A stretch of 63,143 bases of DNA from Nitrospina sp. (GCA_018702695.1 JABIYR010000101.1:1-63143), one strand, 5' to 3'; positions 48,519 to 59,828 are shown, counted from the first letter of the stretch. The notes: generated from the letters alone by a model not told the origin. Numbers and translations are program-made.

Positions 48519-49823
48519 TCAGAGTGCTCTAAACGCCAGAGAAGTCAGATCGTCAAACTGAGGCGCATCGCCAATGAATCCCTTGATGGAATTTTCAAGA
48601 TTGGGCAAAAACTCTTCCGGAGATCCGGTGTGCTTGACAAACATGTCTTTCAACCGATCTATTCCGAATTCTTCCTGCTGTTTATTTTTAGGTTCGGTCA
48701 CGCCATCGGTGACAATTAGAATTTGGTCGCCACTTTTAAGGGTGTGCTCTTCCTGACTGTATTGCATATTTGGGAGAATTCCAAGAGGCGTTCCGCTGGC
48801 AGAGCCGATCTCTTGAATGGAATTATTTCTCTTCAAGATAAGCGAGAGATGCCCGCCGTTAGCGATACAGAGCTTTTTATTTTTCATGTCTAAAAGGCAG
48901 AACACGGCGGTGGTGAACATGCCTCGGTAAGACCGCTCGCATAGTGTGTTATTCACCTGTGTCAGTACTTTCGCCGGTTCTGAATCGACTTGTGAGATAT
49001 AGCGGAAATCACTCATCAACCTTGCCATTTGTAGGGCGGCAGGAACACCTTTGCCGGAAACATCGCCCAGCACGATACCCAGCATTTCGTTTTCGAAGGG
49101 AATGAAATCATAATAATCACCCCCAACAACTTGAGCGGCGTGGGTCAGGGCGGCAAAAGTAAAATTGGCATGTTGTGGCGTGGAGGTGGGCAGAAAACTT
49201 TCCTGAACCGACTGTGCAAACTCCATGTCTTTTTCCATACGCTGATTTTCCATCAGCACCATATGCATGCGTGCGTTATGGATGGCGAGGGCGGCACTGT
49301 CGCAGAGCAGGAGAAAAAGTTGCAAGTCGCTAGATTGAAAAACCCGTCCTTGACTTTTTCCGTGAATCACCTGACAGACACCAATGGTTTTGCCTTTCGC
49401 CTTTAGTGGTGAGCATAAAATCGATCCGGTTTGAAAACCGGTTTTTTTGTCGTAACCCGGATTAAATTTGGGATGTTGGTAAGCATCTTCAATGAGGAGA
49501 GACTCGCCGGTTTCGGCAACGGTGCCAGCAATGCCTTCTCCCATTTTTAGCCGAGTCATGCTTTTAATTTCTTCACCCACCTTACTCAAGGCGATTTGAA
49601 ATACCAGCTCATCCGTTTCATCATCGATTAACAATAAACTGCAAGCATCGGCATTCATGACTTTTTTAGCAACATTCATGATCGTGTCGAGAAGATTGGC
49701 GAGGTTCAGCTCAGAGTTGATGAGGGAGGTGATCTTGTAGCAGGTTTCCAGTTGCTCAATTCTTTGTTCCAACTGGGCGAGTCTAGGGCCTGAGGAGTCC
49801 AATGCGTTTTTATGTGTGCTCAT
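48519..49823 (-). CDS. GAF-domain PP2C (SpoIIE/RsbU-type) serine phosphatase
   Basis: N-terminal coiled coil plus a GAF domain (ADACSLLLIDDETDELVF), then PP2C motifs VGGDYYDF, LGDVSGKGVPAAL, LIVTDGVTE and DDLTSLAFR. Confidence 0.88.
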   Translation of the reverse strand: MSTHKNALDSSGPRLAQLEQRIEQLETCYKITSLINSELNLANLLDTIMNVAKKVMNADACSLLLIDDETDELVFQIALSKVGEEIKSMTRLKMGEGIAGTVAETGESLLIEDAYQHPKFNPGYDKKTGFQTGSILCSPLKAKGKTIGVCQVIHGKSQGRVFQSSDLQLFLLLCDSAALAIHNARMHMVLMENQRMEKDMEFAQSVQESFLPTSTPQHANFTFAALTHAAQVVGGDYYDFIPFENEMLGIVLGDVSGKGVPAALQMARLMSDFRYISQVDSEPAKVLTQVNNTLCERSYRGMFTTAVFCLLDMKNKKLCIANGGHLSLILKRNNSIQEIGSASGTPLGILPNMQYSQEEHTLKSGDQILIVTDGVTEPKNKQQEEFGIDRLKDMFVKHTGSPEEFLPNLENSIKGFIGDAPQFDDLTSLAFRAL

Positions 49824-49985
49824 AGTTGGTACCCATTAACCTTCATGCCCTGAAAGGGTAAAGTCGGCGGAAAAATACCACGCACACCGGCCCCACGTCG
49901 AGCGGGGGAGAAATAACTTTAACTTAACCGCTAAGATAGCTAAAATAAAATAGCGGGTCAAACCATTTCCCTGTTATCGTGACCT

Positions 49986-50303
49986 ATGAATAAAAAACAA
50001 GGTTTGAGCAGAAACTGGTCTGAAATAAGATCGGTTCTTTTTGAATCCCTTCCCGATGAAATATTTTCTAAGGGAAATCAAAATGAATGGTTGGTCTATC
50101 ATTGGAACTTAGTGGTAGGAAAGCAAATAGCAGGCGTTTCGACTCTTGGCACGATGACTCAAGGGGTGCTTCATGTGCAGGTTAAAGGTAAAGAGTGGGT
50201 GCCAGTTTTAGATTCTTTAAAAAATAAAATCTTAAAAGAAATAAACAGCAGAGCGGGAGAACCGTTATTAAGCGATATTGTGTTTAAGACGGTTGCCAGA
50301 TAG
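49986..50303 (+). CDS. DUF721-family protein
   Basis: 105 aa with the pattern WNLVVGKQIAGVSTLGTMTQGVLHVQVKGKEWVPVLDSLKNKILKEIN, typical of DUF721. Confidence 0.65.
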   Translation: MNKKQGLSRNWSEIRSVLFESLPDEIFSKGNQNEWLVYHWNLVVGKQIAGVSTLGTMTQGVLHVQVKGKEWVPVLDSLKNKILKEINSRAGEPLLSDIVFKTVAR

Positions 50304-50316
50304 GCTCTGAAAATCC

Positions 50317-52194
50317 ATGCAAAGGACAATTAATAAGATGACTGATACGGCTTTCGAAATAAGTTTCATAGACAAGGTCTGCAAAAAGCTTATCAAGCCG
50401 AATGCAGGGTGTTCCGTTTTATTGTTACTCATCGCTCCCCTTTTCTTGGCAAATTGCGCCACCACAGTGGGCAATCAAGGCTCAACAAGCGCTGACTTGT
50501 CTTCGTCTTATGCAGTGCGCTCTTTTGAAAATAAAAAGAAACTTTCCCAAAGTCTGGATACGCAAGATCCTCGCTCTTATTACCATTACTTGAGAGCGTT
50601 GGAAGCGGAAAAGCAGAACGATATGGAACAAGCCGCTTTGCATTACGAAGAAGTGGTTCAATATGACCCACAAGCAGAACGGTTTCATGAAAGGTGGGTT
50701 CGCTTGCTCCTGCGCACCGGTCAATTAGAAAAAGCGGTTCTTGCTGGTAACGATGCATTGGCGCGCTTTCCTGATAATGAAGATATTGAGATGATATTGG
50801 CAGATATCTTGTCGAGCCAAGGCAAGGCCAATGAGGCCATAAAACATTATGAGCATATCATTCGGATTTTCCCAGAAAATGCCAGAGCCCCTTTATTGAA
50901 AGGTTCTCTGTTGGAGGGTTTGGGCAAGTATGGCCCCGCTTTAAAAGATTATAAGGCCGCTTCAGAGGCCGAACCCAACAATCCACTAGTGCGGTTTTAT
51001 CTGGGGCGTGCTTATTTACGCGCGGGCCAGTTTAAGGAAGCCGAAGCAAGTTTAGACAGGGCCGTGTCGTTGAAACCCAATTTGCTTCAGGCCCGACACC
51101 ATTTAGCCTGGGTGCTTGAGAAACAGGGCAGAACGGTTGAAGCATTGAAAGAGTATGGTTTGTTGCTAAAGCTGAAGCCAGATAATGAATATATTAAGGG
51201 TCGGGTTTCACAGCTTCATGGCTCGGGAGCTTTGAGTCCAAGGATTCCTCAAGGAACTCAAGGCATTCCCCCTGAATTGGAAAAACAACCCAATATTCAT
51301 ATGCGCATTGCCACGATTTATTTTGAGCAAACCCTGTATATGAGAGCGTTGGAAGAGTTTCAGCTGGTTATTGCCGAGCATGACCATAAAGACCCGCATG
51401 TTCTAATGGCACGGATTTATGAAATTCATGGTCGTCTGGACAACGCAGTGAAAGAGTTTGAAAAGCTCCGCAAGATGGAGCCACAATCGATGGATATTCT
51501 TCTCTACACTGCTAGGCTTTATAGTTTGATGAAAAACACACAGAGAGCCGTGGATCTGCTCAATAAGGCGGTTGTCATAGAGCCAGATAAAGACCGGCTT
51601 TATCACTCTCTAGCGTTAGCCTATATGGCGCAAAATGATAATGCCAAAGCGATTGAGAGCATGGGCAAAGCTTTGACCTTGAACCCTAAAAAAGATTCCT
51701 ATTATTTTGAGCTGGGCGCCTTGATGGAAAAAGAAGGCGATTACAAAGGTGCCATTGAAAATATGAGGCAGGCGATAGAACTGAACCCTTTGCACTCCAA
51801 TGCGCATAATTTTTTAGGATATATGTACGCTCTGGAAGGGCGTGATTTGGATATGGCTCTTGATCATTTGAAAAAGGCTCTGACAACTCAACCCAAAAAT
51901 GGCTATTTTTTAGACAGTCTGGGGTGGATCTATTTTAAGAAAGGGGAGTCTGAGAAAGCTCTAACGCAGATTCAAAAAGCTCTGATTTATACCGACCCCG
52001 ACCCGATTCTTTATGATCATCTTGGAGATATTTTGTTCTCCTTAAAAAATTATGATGAGGCTCGCGGGGCATGGAAGAATAGCCTGTTTCTCACGGTGAA
52101 CCAAAAAGAGGAGCTGGGTGGAGAAGTGCCTGACCCGCAAGCGCTGAAAGATAAAATTGAGAAAGCGCGAGGTCTTATACACCATCATTATTAA
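50317..52194 (+). CDS. large TPR-repeat lipoprotein
   Basis: Lipobox-like PLFLANCATT and at least 12 TPR units (for example RFYLGRAYLRAGQFKEAEASLDRAV and HNFLGYMYALEGRDLDMALDHLKKAL). The exact start is uncertain. Confidence 0.8.
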   Translation: MQRTINKMTDTAFEISFIDKVCKKLIKPNAGCSVLLLLIAPLFLANCATTVGNQGSTSADLSSSYAVRSFENKKKLSQSLDTQDPRSYYHYLRALEAEKQNDMEQAALHYEEVVQYDPQAERFHERWVRLLLRTGQLEKAVLAGNDALARFPDNEDIEMILADILSSQGKANEAIKHYEHIIRIFPENARAPLLKGSLLEGLGKYGPALKDYKAASEAEPNNPLVRFYLGRAYLRAGQFKEAEASLDRAVSLKPNLLQARHHLAWVLEKQGRTVEALKEYGLLLKLKPDNEYIKGRVSQLHGSGALSPRIPQGTQGIPPELEKQPNIHMRIATIYFEQTLYMRALEEFQLVIAEHDHKDPHVLMARIYEIHGRLDNAVKEFEKLRKMEPQSMDILLYTARLYSLMKNTQRAVDLLNKAVVIEPDKDRLYHSLALAYMAQNDNAKAIESMGKALTLNPKKDSYYFELGALMEKEGDYKGAIENMRQAIELNPLHSNAHNFLGYMYALEGRDLDMALDHLKKALTTQPKNGYFLDSLGWIYFKKGESEKALTQIQKALIYTDPDPILYDHLGDILFSLKNYDEARGAWKNSLFLTVNQKEELGGEVPDPQALKDKIEKARGLIHHHY

Positions 52195-52337
52195 GCAAGC
52201 CTGTTGAATTTCTATCTACTATCGAGACCTTGGTCAAAACCGAGCCTGGTCATTGCGAAATATTCTGGCTATTACCTCGAGCCAGTGAACCTCGATTTAT
52301 ATCGAAGGGTGATGCAAAACCCTTCTGGTCGCCTAGC

Positions 52338-53132
52338 ATGAAAAACTACCCGTCACTTTTGAAATTGCTTCTTATTATTTTTGTGCTCATCGGGTGCCAG
52401 CCACGAGTGGAGCCTCTAGCCCCGCATTATTTAAAAGATGCGATCTCCACTGATTATATTTTAGAAAGGTTGCAAGACCGAGCTGAAAAAATTAAAAACC
52501 TCAAATCTTTTACCCGCACGACCTTTTTAGGCCCAAAGCTGAAGCAATCTTTTCGCCAAACTTTGTTGGTTCAAAATGCCAAGTCTATCCGAGTTGACAC
52601 CTATGGGTTGTTCGGTCAGGCCATGGGGGTTTTTACTTTTCATGAAGGGCGGACGGTATTTTTAGATCCGAAAAAAGGTAAGTATTACTCTGGAGCAGAA
52701 GTCGAATCGATCATGGAGAGAATGCTGGGAACGCGTTTGGATTTTAGTGAGCATCTGCGAATTTTTATCGGTTCGATTCCCCGGCTAGAGTTTCTCAGTG
52801 CTGTGGATGCGCGCTTGAATTCTGACAGCACGCAATACATCCTGCGATTGATGGATAGACAGCGTGGCGGTGAGGTGACGATTTGGTTTTCAGCGCAGAC
52901 CTTGCTCCCCCTTGAAATGAAGCGAAAACTGGGCGGGCGTTCTATTTATTCGGTTGCATGGCAAGACTATGCAAAGATTGGGGATCATGATTTTCCGCAT
53001 TTGGTGACGTTATCGTTTCCGGAAAAACAAGAAATCATTCGAGTGAAATATAAAAACCCTGTTATCAATCAGGGGTTGCCTGCTGAGACATTTCAATTCA
53101 GGGAGCCTGTTTCCTTTTTGCAAAATAAATGA
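52338..53132 (+). CDS. LolB-like/DUF4292 outer-membrane lipoprotein
   Basis: The ATG at 52338 gives MKNYPSLLKLLLIIFVLIGCQP (lipobox LIGC). It lies directly upstream of ispE and overlaps it by 4 nt, mirroring the conserved lolB-ispE-prs order. Confidence 0.55.
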   Translation: MKNYPSLLKLLLIIFVLIGCQPRVEPLAPHYLKDAISTDYILERLQDRAEKIKNLKSFTRTTFLGPKLKQSFRQTLLVQNAKSIRVDTYGLFGQAMGVFTFHEGRTVFLDPKKGKYYSGAEVESIMERMLGTRLDFSEHLRIFIGSIPRLEFLSAVDARLNSDSTQYILRLMDRQRGGEVTIWFSAQTLLPLEMKRKLGGRSIYSVAWQDYAKIGDHDFPHLVTLSFPEKQEIIRVKYKNPVINQGLPAETFQFREPVSFLQNK

Positions 53133-54031
53133 CCACAATTGTTTTTAAAACCCCCGCCAAAGTAAATTTGGGTCTCAATATGCTAGGCAAGCGTGAAGAT
53201 GGTTTTCATGAACTTGAGACCTTGTTTCAAATGGTGAACTGGTGTGACGAGATTGAAATAGAGGGACTCATCACTGAGGGGTTGAGCCTGACTTGTAACC
53301 AGTCGGATATTCCTACAGATGAGAGAAATCTGATCATCAAAGCCGCCCGTTTGTTGAAAACCCGTTATCCAGGCCGGTGTCAGGGGGCTAGAATTCATCT
53401 AAATAAAAATATTCCGCATGGAGCCGGGTTGGGGGGTGGCAGTGGCAATGCCGCTGGGGCCTTATTGGCACTCAATTATTTATGGGGGCTAAATTTGAAG
53501 CGCGAAGAGCTGATTGCATTGGCAACGACGCTGGGTTCGGATGTGCCTTTTTTTCTTCTTTCTCCCTGTGCCATCGGTCGCGGAAGAGGAGAAATTTTGC
53601 AAGCGGTTGAAACTTCGGTTAAGTTTTATATTTTAATGGTTTACCCAGAAATGGTTCTGTCTACTGCTTGGGTGTATGGAAATCTAAAATTGAAGTTGAC
53701 AAAGCATGAAAATAATATTAGCATTTTGAAAAATTTACTCTTGCAGTCGGAGTTTGCCCAAATTGGGGAAACTTGGATCAATGATCTGGAACCTGTTGTA
53801 TTTCAAGAGTATCCAGAGATTCTTGAAATAAAAAACGAGTTGCTTGTTTTGGGCGCAAAGGGAGCACTGCTTTCAGGAAGTGGTTCTACGGTCTTTGGCA
53901 TGTTCGATGACCTTGAAACGGCGAAAACCGCTTATACCCGTTTAGGGAGTGGGTGGGGCAGGCTATTTTTGGCTGAAAACATTGTCAGCTTATCCGAAAT
54001 CTATCCAGAGGAAATGTTAGCGACCTTGTAG
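53129..54031 (+). CDS. ispE: 4-diphosphocytidyl-2-C-methyl-D-erythritol kinase
   Basis: PAKVNLGLNMLGKREDGFHEL and the GHMP kinase loop PHGAGLGGGSGNAAG. Confidence 0.95.
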   Translation: MTTIVFKTPAKVNLGLNMLGKREDGFHELETLFQMVNWCDEIEIEGLITEGLSLTCNQSDIPTDERNLIIKAARLLKTRYPGRCQGARIHLNKNIPHGAGLGGGSGNAAGALLALNYLWGLNLKREELIALATTLGSDVPFFLLSPCAIGRGRGEILQAVETSVKFYILMVYPEMVLSTAWVYGNLKLKLTKHENNISILKNLLLQSEFAQIGETWINDLEPVVFQEYPEILEIKNELLVLGAKGALLSGSGSTVFGMFDDLETAKTAYTRLGSGWGRLFLAENIVSLSEIYPEEMLATL

Positions 54032-54276
54032 TCATAAAGGATCAATGCTTCGGGATGCGATTATTTCGGGTTGAGAGCGATAACTTGAAATAAACAGTGA
54101 AACAGTCAGGATCTTTTTAAAACCACCTATTGTAAAATATTAACTCACAACCCGATGCTTTTTGACGAGGCTGGGTGGCTGAAGCTACCTTCATGCTTTA
54201 GTATGTTTCCCAGCGCTTGAAAAGTTGAGGATGGTGAAAATATTTATAATAGGGGTGGGAAGATCATTAATATATT

Positions 54277-54352
54277 TGGGGCGTCGTCAAGTGGCTAAGA
54301 CACAGGATTTTGATTCCTGCATTCGGAGGTTCGAGTCCTCCCGCCCCAGCCA
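54277..54352 (+). tRNA. tRNA-Gln (anticodon UUG), CCA encoded
   Basis: TGGGGCG-TC-GTC-AAGTGGCTAA-GAC-A-CAGGA-TTTTGAT-TCCTG-CATTC-GGAGG-TTCGAGT-CCTCC-CGCCCCA-G-CCA. As far as I recall the E. coli tRNA-Gln sequence, it aligns arm for arm. Confidence 0.92.
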
Positions 54353-54380
54353 GTTTTTTTACTAAGGAAATAATTAGAGA

Positions 54381-55346
54381 ATGTATTCCAGCGATAATGG
54401 ACGGATGCTTGTTTTTTCAGGTAGGGCAAACACGCCTTTGGCAGAAGAAATTGTAAAGTATCTCGGTATTCCATTGGGAAAAACGGTGATTCGCGATTTC
54501 TCAGACCAAGAAATTTATGTGCGCATCGAAGAGAATGTGCGCGGTAGAGATGTTTTTGTTGTGCAACCGACTTGCTTTCCCGGTAATACCAATATAATGG
54601 AATTGCTGATTATGATCGATGCCCTGCGTCGAGCTTCGGCAAAAAGAATCACCGCCGTGATTCCCTATTATGGTTACGCACGCCAAGATCGTAAATGCGA
54701 GCCGAGAGTGCCGATCACCTCTAAACTGGTGGCAGACTTGTTGGAAACAGCGGGAACGGAGCGGGTGTTAACCGTCGATCTGCATGCAGGGCAGATTCAG
54801 GGTTTTTTTAATATCCCAGTAGACCATTTGTTCGCCATGAATGTTTTGGTGGATTACATCCGTAACCAGAACCTGTCTAATATGATAGTGATTTCACCCG
54901 ATGCAGGAGGGGTGGAACGAGCCAGAGCTTATGCCAAAAGGTTGGATAGTTCTTTGGCAATTATTGATAAGCGCAGAGATGCTCCCAACGAAGCCAAGGC
55001 GATGAATATCATTGGTGACGTTAAGGGCAAGGTGGCGTTTATTGTGGACGACATGATTGATACGGCTGGTACTCTGATGGAGGCAACCGAAGCGTTGCTG
55101 GGAGCTGGGGCCAAGGAAGTTCATGCTTGTTGTTCACATCCGGTTCTTTCAGGCCCTGCGGCAGAAAGAATCAGTGCCTCTGCGATTAAATCAGTGGTGA
55201 CGACAAACACCATTCCCCTTAGTGAGGGGCTGAGCCAAAACCCGAAAGTAAAGGTGCTTTCGGTCGCTCCGTTGCTGGGAGAAGCAATTTTAAGGATTCA
55301 CGAAGAAACCTCGGTCAGTTCGTTATTCGACTCAACCCGAGAATAA
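54381..55346 (+). CDS. prs: ribose-phosphate pyrophosphokinase
   Basis: [19 protein letters not shown] and the PRPP loop [12 protein letters not shown]. Confidence 0.96.
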   Translation: MYSSDNGRMLVFSGRANTPLAEEIVKYLGIPLGKTVIRDFSDQEIYVRIEENVRGRDVFVVQPTCFPGNTNIMELLIMIDALRRASAKRITAVIPYYGYARQDRKCEPRVPITSKLVADLLETAGTERVLTVDLHAGQIQGFFNIPVDHLFAMNVLVDYIRNQNLSNMIVISPDAGGVERARAYAKRLDSSLAIIDKRRDAPNEAKAMNIIGDVKGKVAFIVDDMIDTAGTLMEATEALLGAGAKEVHACCSHPVLSGPAAERISASAIKSVVTTNTIPLSEGLSQNPKVKVLSVAPLLGEAILRIHEETSVSSLFDSTRE

Positions 55347-55418
55347 AAATCAGGCTTGCGCATTATGAATTCTCATAACATGCGCTCATAGCTTTCAACA
55401 CAAGGATGGGAGTACAGA

Positions 55419-56039
55419 ATGTCTGCTCTAGCGGGAAAAATAAGAGAAGTTGGTAAATCGGCAACACGTAAACTGAGAAGCGATGAGGCAATGCCTGCCG
55501 TGATATATGGGTTGAAAGACAGTGTCAACGTGGTCGTCAACCCTAAGGAGTTGCAAAAACTGCTTTTGGAAAAAGGCCGCAATGCTTTGATTGAACTTGA
55601 TATTGAAGGCGATGCTAATCGTAGCGTTGTATTGAAAGAGTATCAAAGCCATCCCTTAAAGGCCGGTTGGTTGCATGCCGACTTTCTGGAAGTTGATGTT
55701 ACCAAAAAAATTAAAGTCAAAGTTCCGGTTTACCTTGTGGGAGTGGCCCCTGGTGAAAAACAGGGCGGCATAGTCAACCATATCTTACGCAAATTAGAAG
55801 TGGAGAGCATTCCTCAGAATATTCCCGAAAAAATTGAAGTGCCCATGGGTGAGATTCAGCTCAATCAGGTGCTTCATGTTTCGGACCTTACTGTAGGAGA
55901 AAATATTACTGTTATCAGTCTTCCCACAGAGATGGTAGTGACGGTTTATGCTGAAAAAGTGAAAGAACAAGCTGTCAGTGAAGAAGAAGATGACGCTGCG
56001 GCACCGGCTGAAGACGCTGGTAAAAAAGAAGACAGTTAA
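55419..56039 (+). CDS. rplY: 50S ribosomal protein L25 / general stress protein Ctc
   Basis: The N-terminal domain carries MPAVIYG, and the C-terminal Ctc domain ends in an acidic tail. It sits in the prs-rplY-pth order. Confidence 0.9.
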   Translation: MSALAGKIREVGKSATRKLRSDEAMPAVIYGLKDSVNVVVNPKELQKLLLEKGRNALIELDIEGDANRSVVLKEYQSHPLKAGWLHADFLEVDVTKKIKVKVPVYLVGVAPGEKQGGIVNHILRKLEVESIPQNIPEKIEVPMGEIQLNQVLHVSDLTVGENITVISLPTEMVVTVYAEKVKEQAVSEEEDDAAAPAEDAGKKEDS

Positions 56040-56045
56040 TAACTT

Positions 56046-56585
56046 GTGTTTTTAATATTGGGTCTGGGCAATCCTGGGCCGCGTTATGAGCTGACTCGGC
56101 ATAATGCGGGTTTTTGGGTGGCAGACAATCTAGCTGAAAAATACAATATTCGGCTTGATAAGCATAAGCATTTCTCCTTATATGGCCAAGGAGAAATAGC
56201 AGGCCAAGAAGTTGTTATCGCAAAGCCGATGACTTACATGAACGAAAGCGGAAAAGCAGTCAAGACCTTGCTTTCCGCTTTTGGTCTTTTACCAGATAAA
56301 ATGCTGGTAGTTCATGACGATATCGACCTTCCCCTCGGAAAAATCAAAAAAAAAATCAAAGGAGGCGATGGTGGCCAACGAGGAATTCGATCGACGATCC
56401 AATCTTTGCGGACGGGTGAATTTTATCGAGTTCGTGTAGGCATTGGTCGTCCCGATGATAAAGAAGATATCGTTGATTATGTGTTGTCTCCATTTGATGC
56501 CGAAGATTCAGGCTTGCTAAATGATGTCATCGAGCAAGCGGTGCAAACGGTTGAAGAGGCACTCAAAGAACTCGATAGAAGTTAA
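56046..56585 (+). CDS. pth: peptidyl-tRNA hydrolase
   Basis: [20 protein letters not shown] and [12 protein letters not shown] motifs. GTG start. Confidence 0.93.
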   Translation: MFLILGLGNPGPRYELTRHNAGFWVADNLAEKYNIRLDKHKHFSLYGQGEIAGQEVVIAKPMTYMNESGKAVKTLLSAFGLLPDKMLVVHDDIDLPLGKIKKKIKGGDGGQRGIRSTIQSLRTGEFYRVRVGIGRPDDKEDIVDYVLSPFDAEDSGLLNDVIEQAVQTVEEALKELDRS

Positions 56586-56605
56586 TTCAATGGAGGGTTG
56601 AACAA

Positions 56606-58681
56606 ATGCTGACAGAACGCAGAGGAGAAATAGCCTTCGTTGGCTTTGCCATGTCTTTGTATTTGGTGATGGCCGCTTTTGATGTGTCGCAGAAATTTGT
56701 CTATATGGCAGTGATATTTGGATTGTTTGGACTTGTTACCGCGTGGAAAATTTTTGAAGCGGTTGACGATGAACCGGCCGGGAATGAAAAAATGACCGAA
56801 ATTGCCGAGGCAATCCACGAAGGCGCGATGATTTTTCTGTCGCGAGAATATAAAATCCTGAGTTATTTTGTTTGTTGTATTTTCCTCCTGTTATTGGTTT
56901 TGGTATCAATACAAAAAGGTTTGTGGATCGGTATATGGACCGCTATTGCCTATATCGCGGGGGCGGGGTGTTCGATGCTGGCAGGTTATTTTGGCATCAA
57001 TGCGGCGACCACAGCTGGAGTTAGAACCTCTCAAGCGGCTATGAACGGGGGGCAGGAAAAAGCTCTTCATGTCGCTTTTAATGGCGGTGCCGTTATGGGG
57101 CTTTGTGTGGCGAGTCTGGGTTTGATCGGGATAGGTGGGTTATTCACCCTGCTTGGACGAGGAGATACGATCACAGCCCTCATTGGGTTTGCGGTGGGGG
57201 CAAGTACGATTGCATTATTTGCGCGTGTTGGCGGCGGTATCTACACCAAAACAGCAGATATCGGTGCTGATTTAGTGGGTAAGTTAGAAGAAGGTATCTC
57301 AGAAGATGATCCAAGAAACCCAGGCGTTATCGCAGATAATGTCGGCGACTGTGTCGGTGATACCGCAGGTTTGGGGGCAGATATTTTTGAGTCTTATTGT
57401 GGTGCTTTGATCGCTAGCATCTTGATCGGTGGGAGCATGGCAACCCTGCAGTTTGAATACATGGCTCTTCCTGTTCTGGTAGCCATGATTGGTTTGCTAG
57501 CCTCTGTTTTGGGAATTCGAGCTATGGGTGCCTTAGAAGGCATAGAGCCTTCTGCCATGTTGCGTAATTGTACTTTCATCAGCGCAGGGGCGATGTTATT
57601 CGTCACATTTTTCCTGATTAAAGTAATGGGTCTGCCGTCCGGTGTTTTCATGGCTCTTCTATTCGGTTGTTTGGCGGGCATTGGCATCGGTCTGGTTACC
57701 GAGCGCTACACAGCGGGCGAGCGGGTTATCCGTATCGCAGAATCCAGCAAGACCGGTGTCGCAACCGTTATCATCTCAGGCCTAGCGTTGGCAATGGAGA
57801 GTTGTGTTGTGCCAGTGGTGCTTATTATGCTGACCGTATTTTTGAGCGCAGAATCTGCCGGTCTTTACGGCGTGGCTCTGGCGGCAGTGGGAATGCTAGC
57901 AACAGTAGGCATCACCTTATCGGTCGATGTTTATGGGGCGATTGCTGATAATGCAGGAGGTATCGCGGAAATGGCAGGGTTGGGAGAAGAGACTCGTAAT
58001 ATTACAGATAACCTGGATCAGGTGGGCAATACCACAGCCGCTATCGGTCGGGGTTTTGCAATCGGTTCTGCGGCTCTCACAGCTCTGGCTTTGTTCGCGG
58101 CCTTCACGCAAGCCGCTCAAATTGGTTCCATAGATATTACCGAAACAACGGTTATCATCGGAGTCTTTCTTGGTGGGGTCATCCCCTTTTATGTAGCGTC
58201 TCTCACTCTAACTTCGGTGAGGGAAGCGGCAACAAAAATGGTCGAAGAAATCCGCCGTCAATTTCGAGAAATTCCGGGTTTACTGGAAGGCACTGAAAAA
58301 CCAGATAGCGCACGCTGTATTGAAATCAGCACTCAGGCGGCATTGGAAAAAATGATCGCTCCCGGTATCGTGGCTTTCATGGCACCGATTATTATTGGGT
58401 CTTTGTTGGGAGCAGAAGCCCTGGGCGGTATGTTGCTGGGCGCGACGCTTGCGGGAGTTTTATTGGCTCTGTTTATGTCCAATGGGGGCGGTGCTTGGGA
58501 TAATGCTAAAAAATATGTAGAAGCCGGTAATCTTGGCGGTAAAGGTTCAGATGCCCATCGTGCTACCGTGATCGGAGACACGGTGGGAGATTCGCTAAAA
58601 GATACAGCCGGGCCAGCCATGAATATTTTAATCAAATTGATGTCTATCGTTTCTCTGGTTATGGCACCCTTTTTTCTGTAA
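56606..58681 (+). CDS. hppA: membrane-integral pyrophosphate-energised cation pump (K+-dependent type by the GNTTAA motif)
   Basis: [45 protein letters not shown] and [14 protein letters not shown] motifs. It has about 16 TM segments and is 691 aa long. Confidence 0.95.
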   Translation: MLTERRGEIAFVGFAMSLYLVMAAFDVSQKFVYMAVIFGLFGLVTAWKIFEAVDDEPAGNEKMTEIAEAIHEGAMIFLSREYKILSYFVCCIFLLLLVLVSIQKGLWIGIWTAIAYIAGAGCSMLAGYFGINAATTAGVRTSQAAMNGGQEKALHVAFNGGAVMGLCVASLGLIGIGGLFTLLGRGDTITALIGFAVGASTIALFARVGGGIYTKTADIGADLVGKLEEGISEDDPRNPGVIADNVGDCVGDTAGLGADIFESYCGALIASILIGGSMATLQFEYMALPVLVAMIGLLASVLGIRAMGALEGIEPSAMLRNCTFISAGAMLFVTFFLIKVMGLPSGVFMALLFGCLAGIGIGLVTERYTAGERVIRIAESSKTGVATVIISGLALAMESCVVPVVLIMLTVFLSAESAGLYGVALAAVGMLATVGITLSVDVYGAIADNAGGIAEMAGLGEETRNITDNLDQVGNTTAAIGRGFAIGSAALTALALFAAFTQAAQIGSIDITETTVIIGVFLGGVIPFYVASLTLTSVREAATKMVEEIRRQFREIPGLLEGTEKPDSARCIEISTQAALEKMIAPGIVAFMAPIIIGSLLGAEALGGMLLGATLAGVLLALFMSNGGGAWDNAKKYVEAGNLGGKGSDAHRATVIGDTVGDSLKDTAGPAMNILIKLMSIVSLVMAPFFL

Positions 58682-58698
58682 CCCATATAAGCTCAGTT

Positions 58699-58734
58699 AA
58701 AGGGATGGGGGTTTGTTTCCCCATCCCTTTTTTT
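58699..58734 (+). terminator. rho-independent terminator after hppA
   Basis: AAAGGGATGGGG-gtttgttt-CCCCATCCCTTT followed by TTTT, starting 17 nt after the stop. Confidence 0.85.
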
Positions 58735-58753
58735 ATAGAAAGGAAATTGTATC

Positions 58754-59542
58754 TTGCTGTTGGGAATTCATAATTTTATAAATTCACAGCCCATTTTGGA
58801 GCCGTTGACCAAGCAGGCTTCCAAGGCAGGAATAGAAATCCGGATAGATTCTCCGGCCCAACTGGCGGACCAGTTGTCGGCTGGCAAGCTGGATATCGCC
58901 ATGATTCCCGCCGTTGAATATTTGAAGCAGGCAGATCGTTTGCGGCTTCTCCCGAATATTTCGATTTCCTCTAGAAACAAAGTGGGGACGGTCTTATTGG
59001 TTTCCAAGGTTCCTCTCAATGCTATTCGTACTTTGGCGTTAGATGAACGGTCGAGAACTTCGGTTGCCCTGCTTCGTGTTCTGTATGCAAAAGAATTTCC
59101 GTCCGGTCTTAAGTTGGCACGGCATGAACCTGATCTGGATAAAATGCTCAACCAATATGATGCGGCCTTGATCATCGGTGATCAGGCTTTGGGTGTCGCC
59201 AAAGAAGGCGTGTCGATTTACGATCTCAGTGAAGAATGGTTCAGCCGGACGGAAAAAACGTTTGTTCATGCTGTGATAGTGGCCCGAGAAGGTGTCAAGG
59301 TCGAAGCCGGGATCATTCAGACCTTGCAGAATGCCAAATTAGAAGGGCTAAAAAATTTAGAAACGATTGTGCAGACGCAGGCGAACAAAACCGGCCATGC
59401 GGTCTTTTTATTGCGCGATTATCTGAAGAATAAAATCCACTACGATTTCGGAGAAGAAGAGATGGAAGGCCTCATGCATTTTCAGACTCTCTGCCATCAG
59501 GTGGGTCTAGTTTCACAACGGTTTCCATTGCGATTTGTGTGA
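58754..59542 (+). CDS. mqnA: chorismate dehydratase MqnA (futalosine pathway of menaquinone biosynthesis)
   Basis: Family pattern NFINSQPILEPL, DIAMIPAVEYL, LDERSRTSVALLRVL, AALIIGDQAL and DLSEEW...FVHAVIVAR. TTG start. Confidence 0.8.
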   Translation: MLLGIHNFINSQPILEPLTKQASKAGIEIRIDSPAQLADQLSAGKLDIAMIPAVEYLKQADRLRLLPNISISSRNKVGTVLLVSKVPLNAIRTLALDERSRTSVALLRVLYAKEFPSGLKLARHEPDLDKMLNQYDAALIIGDQALGVAKEGVSIYDLSEEWFSRTEKTFVHAVIVAREGVKVEAGIIQTLQNAKLEGLKNLETIVQTQANKTGHAVFLLRDYLKNKIHYDFGEEEMEGLMHFQTLCHQVGLVSQRFPLRFV

Positions 59543-59828
59543 ACAAAGGTTCTTACGCCTTCATTTTCTAACCTCCAAGCCCTGTCAAGCAGAGCGCTTC
59601 AATGGGTCAGCCCCACTCATCCCTATTCATAAATGCCATCCATTCTAAGCGAGCTTGAGTGACACCGAGGTGTTTAGCCGATATAGTATGCTCGTGCTAC
59701 AATCGGGGGTACGAAGATTTTTTCTTTCTGGGAAATAATATTCCACGGTTTCATTTTAAGAGTCGCGTCCTGCAAATAAAATAGCCATCTATACAAGTCT
59801 TGAGAAGGCAGAAGGAAGGGATGATGTG

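Noticed and set aside
54217-54250. Possible sigma-70 promoter (TTGAAA ... TATAAT) in front of tRNA-Gln.
   Set aside because: The spacer between the best -35 and -10 hexamers is 22 nt, and 14 nt for the alternative TTGAGG. Both are outside the functional range, so I did not call it.
55358-55386. An imperfect palindrome, GCGCATTATGA-ATTC-TCATAACATGCGC, after prs as a terminator.
   Set aside because: The stem is bulged, no U-tract follows, and rplY starts 33 nt later. It is probably not a terminator.
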